A stretch of DNA of 64,000 nucleotides. Source: Candidatus Bathyarchaeota archaeon. GTDB taxonomy: Archaea > Thermoproteota > Bathyarchaeia > Bathyarchaeales > Bathycorpusculaceae. This document shows, one piece after another, positions 39,250-50,177 of the stretch; position 1 is the first letter of the stretch, and each line of letters opens with the position of its first letter. Under the pieces are notes generated by a model, which had not been told where the DNA came from, searched no databases, and saw nothing but the letters and a program-made list of their open reading frames with translations. Both the position numbers and the translations under genes were made by a program. The stretch covers positions 548,169 through 612,168 of the forward strand of contig CAVYES010000006.1 in NCBI GenBank assembly GCA_963767735.1, in the 5' to 3' direction.

Positions 39250-39554
39250 ATTTTTGCTTATTTATGCTTCTTTCTTGCTCGTTTCTTATCATCTTTAGTC
39301 AATTTACTTGGCTTTTTGTCCTCACGGTTAATTGATTTTATCCTATTTAGTTTCGAGGTTTAAATTTCACACCTTATATCTTTAGCCTTAATAATTAAAA
39401 TGCCATCAAAGACATTCACGCCATGAATTGCGAGCGCATGGTAAGAGAAACAGCGCTTAATCTGTTTAGACAAAGAAAATACGGCTATGCGAAAATCTGG
39501 CTAAGTAAATTCATGATAGGACATTATCCGGAGTTAGCCAATTAACCATAATCA

Positions 39555-41303
39555 TCATTTTCTATTACTTGTGTCAGTTGTTTCATGGCCGTGAATGTAC
39601 CTTTTGCCTCTGAGAAGGGACGCAACTGCTGCAATGCCTGTTAAGCCAGCGCTCACATAGAATACGTTGTGCAAAGAAGACATGAAGGGTTTGGTAATCG
39701 CGGTTGGAAACCAGTGTAGTCCTGTGAGTACACTGGTTGCCTGGCTACTCAGGGTTGCGGCAACGCTTTGCGGCAGCTGAGCAATAATTGACCCAATTGG
39801 ATTATAGCCTAAGAAGGCGGAGAAAAGTGATGATGTCGGAGAAAATGAAGTGAAGTATGGAATAAGCTGCGGCGCACCCGCTGATGTTAGAGATGAAGCA
39901 AATGCTGATGGAAGCCCCTGCGAAAGCGAAAACACCATGACGGTGAAGAACGCTGCGATGCTAACCACCATCCCCGTGTTCTGCAAAGTGGTTCTCATTC
40001 CAGAAGCTGATCCCCTGTTCTCTGGCGGAACTGAGTTCATAATCGAAGCCATGTTCGGCGCGGCAAACATTCCCATTCCAAAACCCTGCACGTATATCAG
40101 CACCGCAAACTCGAGGTAACTGAAGTTATAGGGAAGAAACGCTAAGCCAATGAACGTTCCGCATGCAATCACCATACCGAGGCTTGCCAGCCCCCTTGCG
40201 CCGTACTTATCCGACAATGTTCCGCTGATTGGTCCCATGGTAACAAATCCCGCAGACATGGGAAGCAAGTAAACCCCAGCCCAGAACGGAGTATCCGCAT
40301 AGCTTATCCCATGCAGCGGAAGCCAAATACCCTGCAGCAGAATGCTAAGCATAATCATCACTCCACCCCTCGATATAGCTGCAAACAAATCCGCAAGCAT
40401 ACCCGCGGAAAAAATTCTAATCTTGAACAAGCTGAGCTTAAGCATCGGAGACTTCACCACCCTTTCCACGAACGGAAACGCAAGGAGCAATGCACTTCCC
40501 GAAATCAAACCAGCTATTACCCATGGGTTAAACCAACCCATCGTTGACGAGCCGTATGGAAGCAGCCCATACGTGAGGGAAACCAGCAGCACGGTAAGCC
40601 CTCCGGCGAAGGTTATGTTGCCCCAGACATCTATCTTCTCGCCTTTGCATCTCGTGCCCAGCTCTTTGAGCTTCCAGTAGGACCACGCTGCACCAAAGAC
40701 GCTGACGGGGACGCTGACCAAGAAAACGAGCCGCCAGTCAATCGTTGCCAGAGTGCCGCCGATAACGAGACCTACGAAGGAGCCCGCCAGAGCTGCAACT
40801 TGGTTTATGCCGAGAGCTTTGCCACGCTCATTCTCCGGAAAAGCGTCCGTTAAAATGGCGGCGCTATTAGAAAAAAGGAATGCGGCACCTACCGCTTGCA
40901 CAATGCGAAAGAAGATCAGTTCTAATGCTCCAGCGTCTCCGGTGTTAGGGGTGAGGAAAAGTAGGATGGAGCCAGCGGCGAATATGGCAAATCCCATGTT
41001 GTAAAGCCTGACTCTTCCATGAATGTCTGAGATTCTTCCGCAGGAAACCAGAAGAGTCGCCGTAATAATGAGGTAACCGAAGAGAATCCAGAGCAGATAG
41101 GGGAAGGAGGTCAGGGGATTCAGGTTTATTCCGCGGAATATAGCTGGAAGGGCAATCAGCAAAATGGTGCCGTCTATCGAAGCCATCAGAGTGCCAAGCG
41201 TGGTGTTGGAGAGAGCAACCCATTTGTACTCCATAGGTTTAGCTGCCTCCAAACCAGCCGACGGCAGTGCCGCTAAAACAACTATAGATCCAAACTTGTT
41301 CAC
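39555..41303 (-). CDS. MFS transporter, DHA2 (14-TM) family
   Basis: [37 protein letters not shown]. Confidence 0.92.
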   Translation of the reverse strand: MNKFGSIVVLAALPSAGLEAAKPMEYKWVALSNTTLGTLMASIDGTILLIALPAIFRGINLNPLTSFPYLLWILFGYLIITATLLVSCGRISDIHGRVRLYNMGFAIFAAGSILLFLTPNTGDAGALELIFFRIVQAVGAAFLFSNSAAILTDAFPENERGKALGINQVAALAGSFVGLVIGGTLATIDWRLVFLVSVPVSVFGAAWSYWKLKELGTRCKGEKIDVWGNITFAGGLTVLLVSLTYGLLPYGSSTMGWFNPWVIAGLISGSALLLAFPFVERVVKSPMLKLSLFKIRIFSAGMLADLFAAISRGGVMIMLSILLQGIWLPLHGISYADTPFWAGVYLLPMSAGFVTMGPISGTLSDKYGARGLASLGMVIACGTFIGLAFLPYNFSYLEFAVLIYVQGFGMGMFAAPNMASIMNSVPPENRGSASGMRTTLQNTGMVVSIAAFFTVMVFSLSQGLPSAFASSLTSAGAPQLIPYFTSFSPTSSLFSAFLGYNPIGSIIAQLPQSVAATLSSQATSVLTGLHWFPTAITKPFMSSLHNVFYVSAGLTGIAAVASLLRGKRYIHGHETTDTSNRK

Positions 41304-41459
41304 AAACTGTAGTATTTTCGGTTCTTGTACAGATTGATTGGTTTTTTGTCATAATGCAGTCGCTCAATAACGCCGCCAACTATGCATGGATGAGATATGT
41401 TTCATTGGCATGTGTTTCAGAGGAATATAAATATTGCGTGCTTGCTTATACTTATGTAG

Positions 41460-42053
41460 TTGATGAAGGAAGCGCGTTTGGAAAAGGATGCCACAGTTAA
41501 CTGGCTTAAGGAAATGAAGAAGGGCTATATACGGTTGATAGTGCTCACTCTGCTAAGTAAGAAGCCCTACTATGGCTACGAAATAATGAAAGAGGTGCGA
41601 GAGAAAACCTGCGGCTCCATCCGGCTGACCAGTGGAGGCGTCTATCGGATACTTCAAGATTTGGAGGAATCAAAATATGTACAGGGCGAACGGGAAGCTC
41701 AAAACCGAAGAAAACGAAAGATATACGTAATCACTGATGCTGGCATGATAATCCTCGATCGAGCTTTAACTAAGGAAAACCAATTGGCTATCAGCATGCA
41801 CGACTTGTTCAAGGAGTATCTGTCTGGCGTTTTAAACGTAAGAGTACAGTCAAATGAAGCACCGAAAACCCCGAACCTTTTCGCCATGTTTCTCGAGTCG
41901 AGGACTGGCAAGCCAGAAGATTCTATTGAAGTTCTCAGAGAAAAAAACGCAGAGATCAACACAATGATAAACAAACTGCGAAAAATGCAGAAAACACTCA
42001 GAAAGAACATAGCTTACATAGAGTCGGAGAAATCAAACGCAGCTCAAGACTAG
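41460..42053 (+). CDS. PadR family regulator
   Basis: LLSKKPYYGYEIMK, GGVYRILQDLE, RKIYVITDAG. Confidence 0.9.
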   Translation: MMKEARLEKDATVNWLKEMKKGYIRLIVLTLLSKKPYYGYEIMKEVREKTCGSIRLTSGGVYRILQDLEESKYVQGEREAQNRRKRKIYVITDAGMIILDRALTKENQLAISMHDLFKEYLSGVLNVRVQSNEAPKTPNLFAMFLESRTGKPEDSIEVLREKNAEINTMINKLRKMQKTLRKNIAYIESEKSNAAQD

Positions 42054-42145
42054 CCGATGCGCGCACCGCGAATGTGGTACAGTTGTTGTCGGAGTTGTTC
42101 TTATCACGACCCATTCGTCTGAGGTTTGGCGAAGACTTTAGCACA

Positions 42146-42172
42146 CGTGAAATTTAAACGTGGGTGTAAACC
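42146..42172 (+). repeat. 27-bp dispersed repeat
   Basis: CGTGAAATTTAAACGTGGGTGTAAACC; exact inverted copy at 7405-7431; 22/27 copy at 44524-44550. Confidence 0.75.
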
Positions 42173-42428
42173 AAGCATCCAGCGCCAAGGTCCTTTTACC
42201 AATTAAAGTCCGACTATAGCTTATTTATTAAAATAACCCTCAGAAAACACTAATAAATTAATCACTGTCTCTTAATTTGTCGTTTAAATTGGAGGCGAAG
42301 GGGCGAAGATAGGAACAAAGCGGAGCTGACGCCCACCCAAATATCGGGCGGAGCAAATATAGGCGAATCCCTGGTCAAAAGGTTTTCTAAAAACGAGATT
42401 ACTATAAAAAAAATAGGCATTTTGAAAC

Positions 42429-42626
42429 CTATACGTCCTTAATCCTTTTCTTCACTGATTCAGCGTTGCTTTGAGTCAACAGACCCGAATGATGGTTCTT
42501 CGAATGAAGAACGGCATGATCTATAATGTCATCATCACCAAACGGCGATATAACAGTCCATCCGCAGGTAGGACAAGTAAACGACCTCATCTTCTTAGGC
42601 TCATCTACCTTCGTTTTGCTTTCCAT
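42429..42626 (-). CDS. DUF1059-like small metal-binding protein
   Basis: FTCPTCGW......DDIIDHAVLHSKNHH. Confidence 0.7.
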   Translation of the reverse strand: MESKTKVDEPKKMRSFTCPTCGWTVISPFGDDDIIDHAVLHSKNHHSGLLTQSNAESVKKRIKDV

Positions 42627-42908
42627 AAAATTCACCTCCAAATAATATCATTCCGAGGTCAGGAGAAATCAAAGTCCAGTTGCCATTGAACTTTCTTAAA
42701 GCTTTGTGATAGCTTCGGAGCAATAACAAGCATTAAGAAGACTGACAGCAAAACTCTGAAAAAGAAGAAGTGTGGTGGATACATGATATATTTCCTTTCC
42801 ATTTTCGCCCCAAGCAAAAGTGTTCAGGAGACGAGCCAATTAGTCGATATTCGGCAAATTTTTTAGAAAGAAAAAAAGAAGAAATTAGGTAGTTTGTATA
42901 GGCGTGAA

Positions 42909-43085
42909 TTATTGCTTTAGGAGAAAAAGGCTTATCACTGTGACTATTGCAAATAGTACTGTTAATACGCCGAAAGCTGCGTGAACAGTATGCTTTGTAG
43001 TTCCGCTGACACCTGCAGCAATTAACCCTAAAATTACTGTAAGAATAGAAAGTACACGCACGATTATTAGTTTCGTTTGAATCAC
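42909..43085 (-). CDS. 58-aa two-TM membrane protein (absent from ORF track)
   Basis: (M)IQTKLIIVRVLSILTVILGLIAAGVSGTTKHTVHAAFGVLTVLFAIVTVISLFLLKQ, downstream of flavodoxin. Confidence 0.55.
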   Translation of the reverse strand: MIQTKLIIVRVLSILTVILGLIAAGVSGTTKHTVHAAFGVLTVLFAIVTVISLFLLKQ

Positions 43086-43140
43086 CTGGCTTTGTAACTG
43101 CGTCTCTTTGCGAAGGCACGGTATGTCAGTTTTTTTTGGT

Positions 43141-43581
43141 CTAAGATAGGTTTTTGGCTAATTTTTCGCCTAGTTGTTTTGCTTGTTGTTTATCGGTTTC
43201 TGAGAGTGTTTTACCGATGGCTAGTCCGGGTTGAATCAGCTTTGGATTGAAGGCTTTGAGTATACTTTCGACGTTTCCGATTGTCTTCGCTTGGCCACCG
43301 ACTCCAGTTGCGAATGCAACCATAGGTTTGCCAGCTAATTTTTCGCGTACAAAGTAAAGTTCTGTAAGCAAAGTCAGCAATGGACCTGACATCATGCTAA
43401 AGTATGCTGGTGACCCGAATGCGAATCCGTCAGCTTCAACGGCTTCTTTTGCACTGATATCTGCAACGTTTTTTATTTCGACATTGACGCCTTTGACGCT
43501 TTTTGCGCCCTCGGCTATGGCTTCAGCAACTTGTTTGGTGTTTCCGGTTTTAGAATAATATGCTACTAATATTTTTGGCAA
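43141..43581 (-). CDS. flavodoxin/WrbA-like protein
   Basis: ILVAYYSKTGNTKQVAEAI, FGSPAY. Confidence 0.9.
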   Translation of the reverse strand: MPKILVAYYSKTGNTKQVAEAIAEGAKSVKGVNVEIKNVADISAKEAVEADGFAFGSPAYFSMMSGPLLTLLTELYFVREKLAGKPMVAFATGVGGQAKTIGNVESILKAFNPKLIQPGLAIGKTLSETDKQQAKQLGEKLAKNLS

Positions 43582-43660
43582 TTAAATATCTCCTTTTCTG
43601 TTACATTACAAACAAAATACTTTTATATAGTTTTAGGTAATAATAATATACTAAAATGCA

Positions 43661-44440
43661 GTGGTCAAAATGAACCAAAAAACCAACAAACAGATCCGAG
43701 AAGCTGTAACTAATGCTCTTCGCGAACTAACAAAAGAAGTCGGCAGCCTAAAAGCCGAATTAGGCAGGATAGAAAGCGTAATCTTAAAAGATCGGCTAAA
43801 CGCCGTGGAAGAGGCCCTCTCTCAAAACCGCTTAATGCAATACGCCGACTTACTAAATGAAGAAGCTAGCGAAGACATTGACAAACTGCTAAACATTGAT
43901 TGTGAAAAAAGGACAAAATGCCATGAATACTTAAAAGAACAATTGACTGAAAACCTGTTGATAGCAAAGTCACGCGGATCAAAAGAAGCTTTGGCTGATT
44001 TGGACGTAAAAATTAACCAAATAGGGAGACAAGTGGAAAAAGCTAAGGGCACCCAATGCGAGCTCTGCCAAACAAAATTTCAGAAGAAACTAAAAAGAGA
44101 AAAAAGAGCTTTCCAAACAATAGTTCTTGTTGAAAAAACCAATGAAGACAACCATAATCAAAAAGTAATAGATGTTCCATTCATTGTTGAAAATCTGCTT
44201 GAGCCACTAGCTAACCCTGTGAGGCTAAAGATTCTTATCACTTTGTACGAAGGAAAAAAGAATTTCACTAAATTGTCCCAAATAATGGAGCTGAAGGGAG
44301 GACACCTTATTTTTCACATAAAAAAGCTTCTTGATTCGAAATTAATAGCCCAAGAGGACAACAAAGGTGACTACGTCATAACGCCCAAAGGCGTAGATGC
44401 AATAAGAAAGATTGTATTTCTACAGACAACAGAAAAGTAG
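43661..44440 (+). CDS. ArsR-like winged-helix regulator with Cys-containing N-terminal domain
   Basis: PLANPVRLKIL..L..G...F..LS....LKGGHLIFHIKKL...GDYVITPKG. Confidence 0.82.
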   Translation: MVKMNQKTNKQIREAVTNALRELTKEVGSLKAELGRIESVILKDRLNAVEEALSQNRLMQYADLLNEEASEDIDKLLNIDCEKRTKCHEYLKEQLTENLLIAKSRGSKEALADLDVKINQIGRQVEKAKGTQCELCQTKFQKKLKREKRAFQTIVLVEKTNEDNHNQKVIDVPFIVENLLEPLANPVRLKILITLYEGKKNFTKLSQIMELKGGHLIFHIKKLLDSKLIAQEDNKGDYVITPKGVDAIRKIVFLQTTEK

Positions 44441-45514
44441 TTATAGTGATAAGCTCTATCCACCCATTCTGCGAAGAAAAAGAGGTAAACAGCTTGCTTT
44501 CCGCATATTTGTGACATTTTTCATGTGGAATTTAAACGTGGGTTTAGACTATCCCCGCCCGTCTTGGGTTTACTTTCTACACCAAGAATCGTTTGCGTTT
44601 TCGGAAAACTTTATTAGTGCCAAAGTCACATACAAACTCAAAGCCGGATTCTGTAAGTGGAGGTCTGTTGTTCTGAATTTGCGTTTCTGGCGATATTTAT
44701 TGTCTTCTTTGAAGTCGACTGGTTGTGTTTGCGTTAGGGTGTTTCTTATGCTCTATGGCGTAACATTTGCATTTCGTGTAGATGAAAGTTAACGCTTAAA
44801 CCTCAAATATTAAAAGGAAAATGCGGGTGTGTCTCCGCTGGAGAGGGTTCAAAATTTAACCTCTCTGCGTTCAACCAAACGAAATTGACTGTAATGTCAA
44901 AAATCGCTGGGGCTTTTGGCCGCCTGCACAGAGACGTCAAATCCACGTAAAACCACGTATAAACAGCGCAAAAACGCGTATAAATCGCGTCTGGGAGGTT
45001 CACAAATTCAAAGGGCTCTAAGCATTTTCCACCGCGCTTAACCGTTTCTAACCCCAATTTAAGCCCATTCGAACTTAAAAATATGAGTTTTTTGAAGATT
45101 TAGCTTCAATTCAAACATGATCCGATGAGGAATAAAACCTGCAAAACCTCCAGACCTGTAAACCAAACAAGCCTCGGAAAAAAAGGCTACTGACCAAAAC
45201 ACCCAAAAAATAAGCCTTTTCCAAAAGTCTTTTCAAGAGGTTCCATCCCCCCAAAATTCCTCAGAATTGAGGAATAGAGAAATGTTTTCAAATCCCGCAG
45301 GCCCGCCATAGAACTTAGATTAGAGCTTGATTCCAGCTTTTGTGGATCATCGTTAAACTGTTGGTAATATGGCAATCTCTGCTTTTCCTGATGTATATGA
45401 AAACTCGCTTAAGCTATTGGCTCTTTGACAATTTGCATGGAATTAAACGCAGGATGAAGATTTTAAAAACTAAAAAAAGAAAAAGAGAGTTGTTGTTGTT
45501 TTATTGTTTTGGCT

Positions 45515-48511
45515 TTATGGCTTTTTTCTTAGTATGAGTAAGCCGACTATAGCTATTGCGATGATTATTGCGATTACTGCGCCTATGATTCCGTAGGTTA
45601 GGTCTGATGTTGTTGCTAAGCCTGATACTGGTGCAGCTGTAGGTGCGGTAGTGGCAGAAGGTGCTTGTACTGTCATGCCGGTTTGCGAGTTTGATCCCCA
45701 GTAGCCGTTAGTGCCTGCGAATGTTGCGGTGACGAGGTAGTTGCCTGCAACGTTTGGAGGTGTCCAAGTTAAGGTGTATAATCCGGTGTTAGTGGTGTTA
45801 GTTGTGCCGATGGTGATGAAGTTGCCGTTTGGATCAATAGCGGTTAACGTTACTTGAACGCCGACAAAGTTTGTTGGTTTTGGTTGTTGCTGGTAAATGT
45901 AGGCCATCCATTGTTGCATGATTGAGTCAGATGCGACTGGAACGCCATTTGGAAAGTCTAATGCTTGTTCTGTTTGCTTTGTGCCTGGAGAAATATCCGT
46001 CACGTGTCCCTGGATCACTACGTTGTTGCCTGCTGTGATAGCTGTCTGTGGTGCTTGTACTGTAGTTTGGGTTGGGCCTTGGCCAACACAGTAAATTTGT
46101 TCGTCATAGCTGTTATCCCAAACGTTGTAACCGTCTGCTAAAGCATAACCCATAGAACCGAATTCGTTATCGTACGCTAATAGCGTCCAGATTTGTACTC
46201 CTGTCGTAGCGTTAATGGCGCGAGACATTGCACCCTTATAAACTGGGTCGGTGACGGTGTGTTCAGCAGTAATCTCATACACTACACCGTTGCTAATAGC
46301 CTGTATCATTGTTGGGTAATCACCATAAGATGTGTTGAAGCCAGCGTTAGTACTGTTGTTTGAACCCGATGGGCCGTTGCCGAAGGTCCATTCTATCTGT
46401 CCAGTTAAATCATTATAGCAGTAGAGTATTCCTGAGAAACTACTAGAGTAGAGGTTGCCGTAAGCGATTTGGCCTGGTAAAGTGACCGTGCCTTCGTTTC
46501 CGTAATAGTCAAAGGGTGGTTGGGATGGAGTTGTCCATAGCAAGTTGCCGTTTGTCAAGCTGTATCCGTACCAGTTGCGAAGTTCCGAAGAAGTAAGAAC
46601 GAAGACACCATTCTGGAAGTCAACGCAGCCTTGTGACATAGATAGGTTACCTGCTGGCGGGTTATAGGTCTTGCTCCATACTACTTGTCCGAAATCACTA
46701 TGCGTTGTGTTGAGGTCGACATAGAAGTATGTATAAGGACCATAATTGTCGCTGCTCCCTGCGCCTGTTGCCGCAAAACCAGAAGATAGACTTCCGCTTC
46801 TTAGAAGCATTCCTTGGTCATAGGCAGCTGCAATGACAGAGGGCGATGACATATCTGCTGTGGCGGGATTTGTCGCTGACTGGTTTAGGGGATTGTGCCA
46901 GGCTATCGAAGTGTTCCAGTCATAAGTGGTTAATCGTGGATATTCTGTTGAATTTAGTACAAAGGTTACCAAGTTATTTCCCACGCCTGCAAGGCCGTCG
47001 CCAGCTACAGGAGTGCTAACTCCGTTGATGGGGACGTTTGCTTGGACTATGAGCGCTTGGCTTGGTGGGTAATTATAAGTGCTGGCCTGCGAACTCACTG
47101 TATAAGCTGCAACTGGCTGGTTTGTACCTACTTGCCCTGGAATTAACGCTCCGTTTGTTGCATTTACAAGCGATGCTACAACACTTCCTGCGCCGCTGAA
47201 AACATTTATGTCGTATTGCCAAAGTTTGGAGCTGTTCCACTCACTAAGATACCATTGCGGATTATTTGTGGTGCCGTCGTTTGTCATGACGTAATGTAAA
47301 GTTTCGCCTTCTGGACCCAATACTGAAGTGCCTGAGGGAACACCGGTTACGTTGAACAGTGCGTCTCCTGTGTATGCGTCAAAAGCTTGGGCAAAGTTGC
47401 TTGTGAATAGTATTGGCTCAAAGGTTCCGTGTTGGTCTTGGTCCCAAAGGTTATAGACGTAAGCAAATGATATTGCAGGCATATCGTGTTGCCAAATAGT
47501 TTGTCCTGTTTCGAGGTTTACGCATGTGACTGGTCCATTATTGGGAGCTGTGTATCCTATTGGCTCATTGAAAATCAGCATTCCGTCTACTATTATTGGA
47601 TTTTGGAATCTTGGATCATATGCAGAACCATCAGAGTAGGAAACTCCCAAATTGGCGGGATCCAGTACACCTGTTTGGTCGGAATCAGTCCCGAAAATAC
47701 CACCGACAACTCCTCCTGACTCCATCGGTTGCGTCCACATGATGTGAGAAGTTAGAGATCCCGCACCATCCGGATGGAACAATGACATTTGTGGAGAAGA
47801 GTCGCTGCTACTAGCATAGGGAGAACCTGTTCCAAGCCAGTTTGACGAAATCGTGTACCAGTTAGTATTTTCACCGAAAATTGGTCGTGTCCAGAAAGCG
47901 GTTGGAAGCGGAGAGCTGCCCGTGGCGGCGGGAATTGGTGTTGACTGAACGGTAAGCGTGGTAGTAGCATTGCTTGGCTCGTAATAGTCATTATATAGTG
48001 TTGAGCCTTGGTAGCCGTCTCCGTTCGGGTAAAGTGCATCTTTTGCCCCATAGGTTTGTCCTGGGAAATTAAAGGTCAAAGTGTATGTGCCTACCTCAGT
48101 AGGAGTAAAGGCAAAGTACTGATCTGATGTTGGATCTGCGGTCGTTGAAAAAGTAGTGGTTGTTGTTGCACCTTGAGGCGTCGTTATGGTATACTGGTAA
48201 CCTTGGAATCTCCAGTCGTTTGCTAGTAATGCTGCGCTGGCTGTAGAGCCATTACCTGGTTGAGCCTCAGTTGCTCCACCAGCCGCTCCGTAAACAGGGT
48301 CAAGCCACAAGTAAACGTCTATCGTTTGCCCGACACCTATAGGGTTAGGTGAAGCAACAATATAGGCGTAAGTTGGAATTTGCCATGGAGGTGTATGTGC
48401 ACTAGCGTTTTGTATTAATGTCGTTGAAGCTCCTATTGAAATTGTTAAAATTGCTGCGATCAAAATAGCTATAGTTTTACCTTTCAAATTTTGCATTTTT
48501 ATTTTCCTCAA
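45515..48511 (-). CDS. large secreted PQQ-like beta-propeller surface protein
   Basis: Signal peptide, SPNPIGVGQ, TG...W propeller repeats, C-terminal Ig domain and TM anchor. Confidence 0.85.
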   Translation of the reverse strand: MRKIKMQNLKGKTIAILIAAILTISIGASTTLIQNASAHTPPWQIPTYAYIVASPNPIGVGQTIDVYLWLDPVYGAAGGATEAQPGNGSTASAALLANDWRFQGYQYTITTPQGATTTTTFSTTADPTSDQYFAFTPTEVGTYTLTFNFPGQTYGAKDALYPNGDGYQGSTLYNDYYEPSNATTTLTVQSTPIPAATGSSPLPTAFWTRPIFGENTNWYTISSNWLGTGSPYASSSDSSPQMSLFHPDGAGSLTSHIMWTQPMESGGVVGGIFGTDSDQTGVLDPANLGVSYSDGSAYDPRFQNPIIVDGMLIFNEPIGYTAPNNGPVTCVNLETGQTIWQHDMPAISFAYVYNLWDQDQHGTFEPILFTSNFAQAFDAYTGDALFNVTGVPSGTSVLGPEGETLHYVMTNDGTTNNPQWYLSEWNSSKLWQYDINVFSGAGSVVASLVNATNGALIPGQVGTNQPVAAYTVSSQASTYNYPPSQALIVQANVPINGVSTPVAGDGLAGVGNNLVTFVLNSTEYPRLTTYDWNTSIAWHNPLNQSATNPATADMSSPSVIAAAYDQGMLLRSGSLSSGFAATGAGSSDNYGPYTYFYVDLNTTHSDFGQVVWSKTYNPPAGNLSMSQGCVDFQNGVFVLTSSELRNWYGYSLTNGNLLWTTPSQPPFDYYGNEGTVTLPGQIAYGNLYSSSFSGILYCYNDLTGQIEWTFGNGPSGSNNSTNAGFNTSYGDYPTMIQAISNGVVYEITAEHTVTDPVYKGAMSRAINATTGVQIWTLLAYDNEFGSMGYALADGYNVWDNSYDEQIYCVGQGPTQTTVQAPQTAITAGNNVVIQGHVTDISPGTKQTEQALDFPNGVPVASDSIMQQWMAYIYQQQPKPTNFVGVQVTLTAIDPNGNFITIGTTNTTNTGLYTLTWTPPNVAGNYLVTATFAGTNGYWGSNSQTGMTVQAPSATTAPTAAPVSGLATTSDLTYGIIGAVIAIIIAIAIVGLLILRKKP

Positions 48512-48897
48512 TTTTATTTTATTTTTATTGAACAGAAAGCTTAAATGCCTATGTTCAATAGCGTCATTGTTGACGCTAACTACCTAATAAAACTTTGGTA
48601 AATGCGTGATTTACCTTTATATTATTGTTTATATCATAAACTAAGTTAGTTTATTCTTATGAAATAATACTTATTTTATCTAAAATTGGTTCATAAAAGC
48701 AAAATTTCGCGGAAAATTGGGAATAAAAAAAAAGAAAAAGAGTAGATTTGGAGGAGAAATCGCCAAAGAAGATATGTTTCTCCAACCAGTCGCTCAAACG
48801 ATTTTTAGTAACCAAAATTTGGAAAAAAGGTAAATCGCGGCTGACATCTCCCTTTGGTGAGCTTCAATCCCCTCCCACCCTCCACCAAGTTCTAACT

Positions 48898-49908
48898 TTA
48901 TTCGGAAATTGATCCTAAGGTGGACGGGTCTCCCTTCATAATCGGGCGGCCATCCTTGTATGAACATTGAAGTCCATACTTCTTCACGCACTCTAAACAG
49001 AGAACGGGGTCGCAGAGGGTTGTGCTTAAGTATTTTTCGCCGCCGTCAGGTGCAATGGCAACAATCACGCCTTTCTCGATTTCCTTTGCTTTGGCTGCCG
49101 CAATGTGGAAAATGGCTCCAGAACTAGGGCCGACAAAGATTCCTTCTTGCAGGGTGAGAAGCCGAGATGCTTCTTCAGCGTCTTTTGGGTTGACGTAAAA
49201 GATTTCGTCGACCAATTTTGGGTTCCAGATTACTGGTACGTACTGGTTTTTGAGGTCTTTCAAGCCTTGAATCACTGTGTTAGGTTCAGGCTGAATCCCG
49301 ATAACTTTCACGGCGGGGTTGTGTTCTTTGAGCCTTTTGGAGACCCCCATCAGCGTGCCTGTGGTTCCGATGCCAGCCACGAAGTGCGTCACCTGCCCGT
49401 TTGTGTCTCGCCATATCTCCTCGCCCGTTGTTTGGTAATGTGCCAGCACGTTTGCTTGGTTCGCAAACTGGTTAGGCATGAAATACTTGTCTGGGTTACG
49501 TTTGACTATTTCATGAGCTAAGTCTTCAGCACCATCCATTCCCTTGGAGCCATCGCTGAGCAGAATCTTCGCCCCCAACGAAATTAGGATCTGGCGCCTC
49601 TCCAACGTCATGGTCTCAGGCATAACCAGCATCAAATCGTACCCCTTGGCTCGGCACACCAAAGCCAACCCGATGCCTGTGTTTCCGCTTGTGGGTTCAA
49701 TCACAGTTTTGCTGCCTGTCAACTTCCCCGATTTTTCAGCCTCCTCAATCATGTATTTGGCGATTCGATCCTTTACTGAACCGCCTGGGTTGCATTTCTC
49801 CAATTTGATGTACATCTGAACGTTTGGGTTAGGATTCAAGCGTCTTATCTCAACCATAGGGGTGTTGCCGATAAGTTCGAGTACATTTTTCGCATTCATC
49901 TTTGGCAC
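48898..49908 (-). CDS. cysM: PLP-dependent cysteine synthase (CysM/CysK family)
   Basis: IGNTP, NPGGSVKDR, EPTSGNTGIG, GIGTTGT, GPSSG, PDGGEKYLST. Confidence 0.9.
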   Translation of the reverse strand: MPKMNAKNVLELIGNTPMVEIRRLNPNPNVQMYIKLEKCNPGGSVKDRIAKYMIEEAEKSGKLTGSKTVIEPTSGNTGIGLALVCRAKGYDLMLVMPETMTLERRQILISLGAKILLSDGSKGMDGAEDLAHEIVKRNPDKYFMPNQFANQANVLAHYQTTGEEIWRDTNGQVTHFVAGIGTTGTLMGVSKRLKEHNPAVKVIGIQPEPNTVIQGLKDLKNQYVPVIWNPKLVDEIFYVNPKDAEEASRLLTLQEGIFVGPSSGAIFHIAAAKAKEIEKGVIVAIAPDGGEKYLSTTLCDPVLCLECVKKYGLQCSYKDGRPIMKGDPSTLGSISE

Positions 49909-50177
49909 CGTAAAAGACTGATAATACTTAGTTCGCTACAGTCCTATAAACTATGTGCGGCAAACTCTTCTCATGACGAAATACGTAAGCATCGAATTAC
50001 TAATCTATGATCGAAGATCAAAATCCCACCCGCCATTCCAGATTGTGCTTTAAGTTCGCTTTCGTTTTTTTAAGTTTTGAAAATAGTAACTTTAATAGAG
50101 TTCACGGCTGTAGTGAAAAAGATAATTGGGAGTAGACCCCCCGGTCTCTGTCTGTGTGTATCTCTCGGTGAAGTTCG

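Noticed and set aside
42733-43119. 128-aa ORF in the track
   Set aside because: Composition implausible; a different frame (42909-43085) gives a credible membrane protein.
44412-45537. Several 60-126 aa ORFs
   Set aside because: No motifs or SD signals, overlap repeat-like DNA; treated as non-coding.
49930-50177. Possible replication origin upstream of cdc6-like gene
   Set aside because: No repeated ORB (TTCCAGTGGAAAC plus G-string) elements found by eye.
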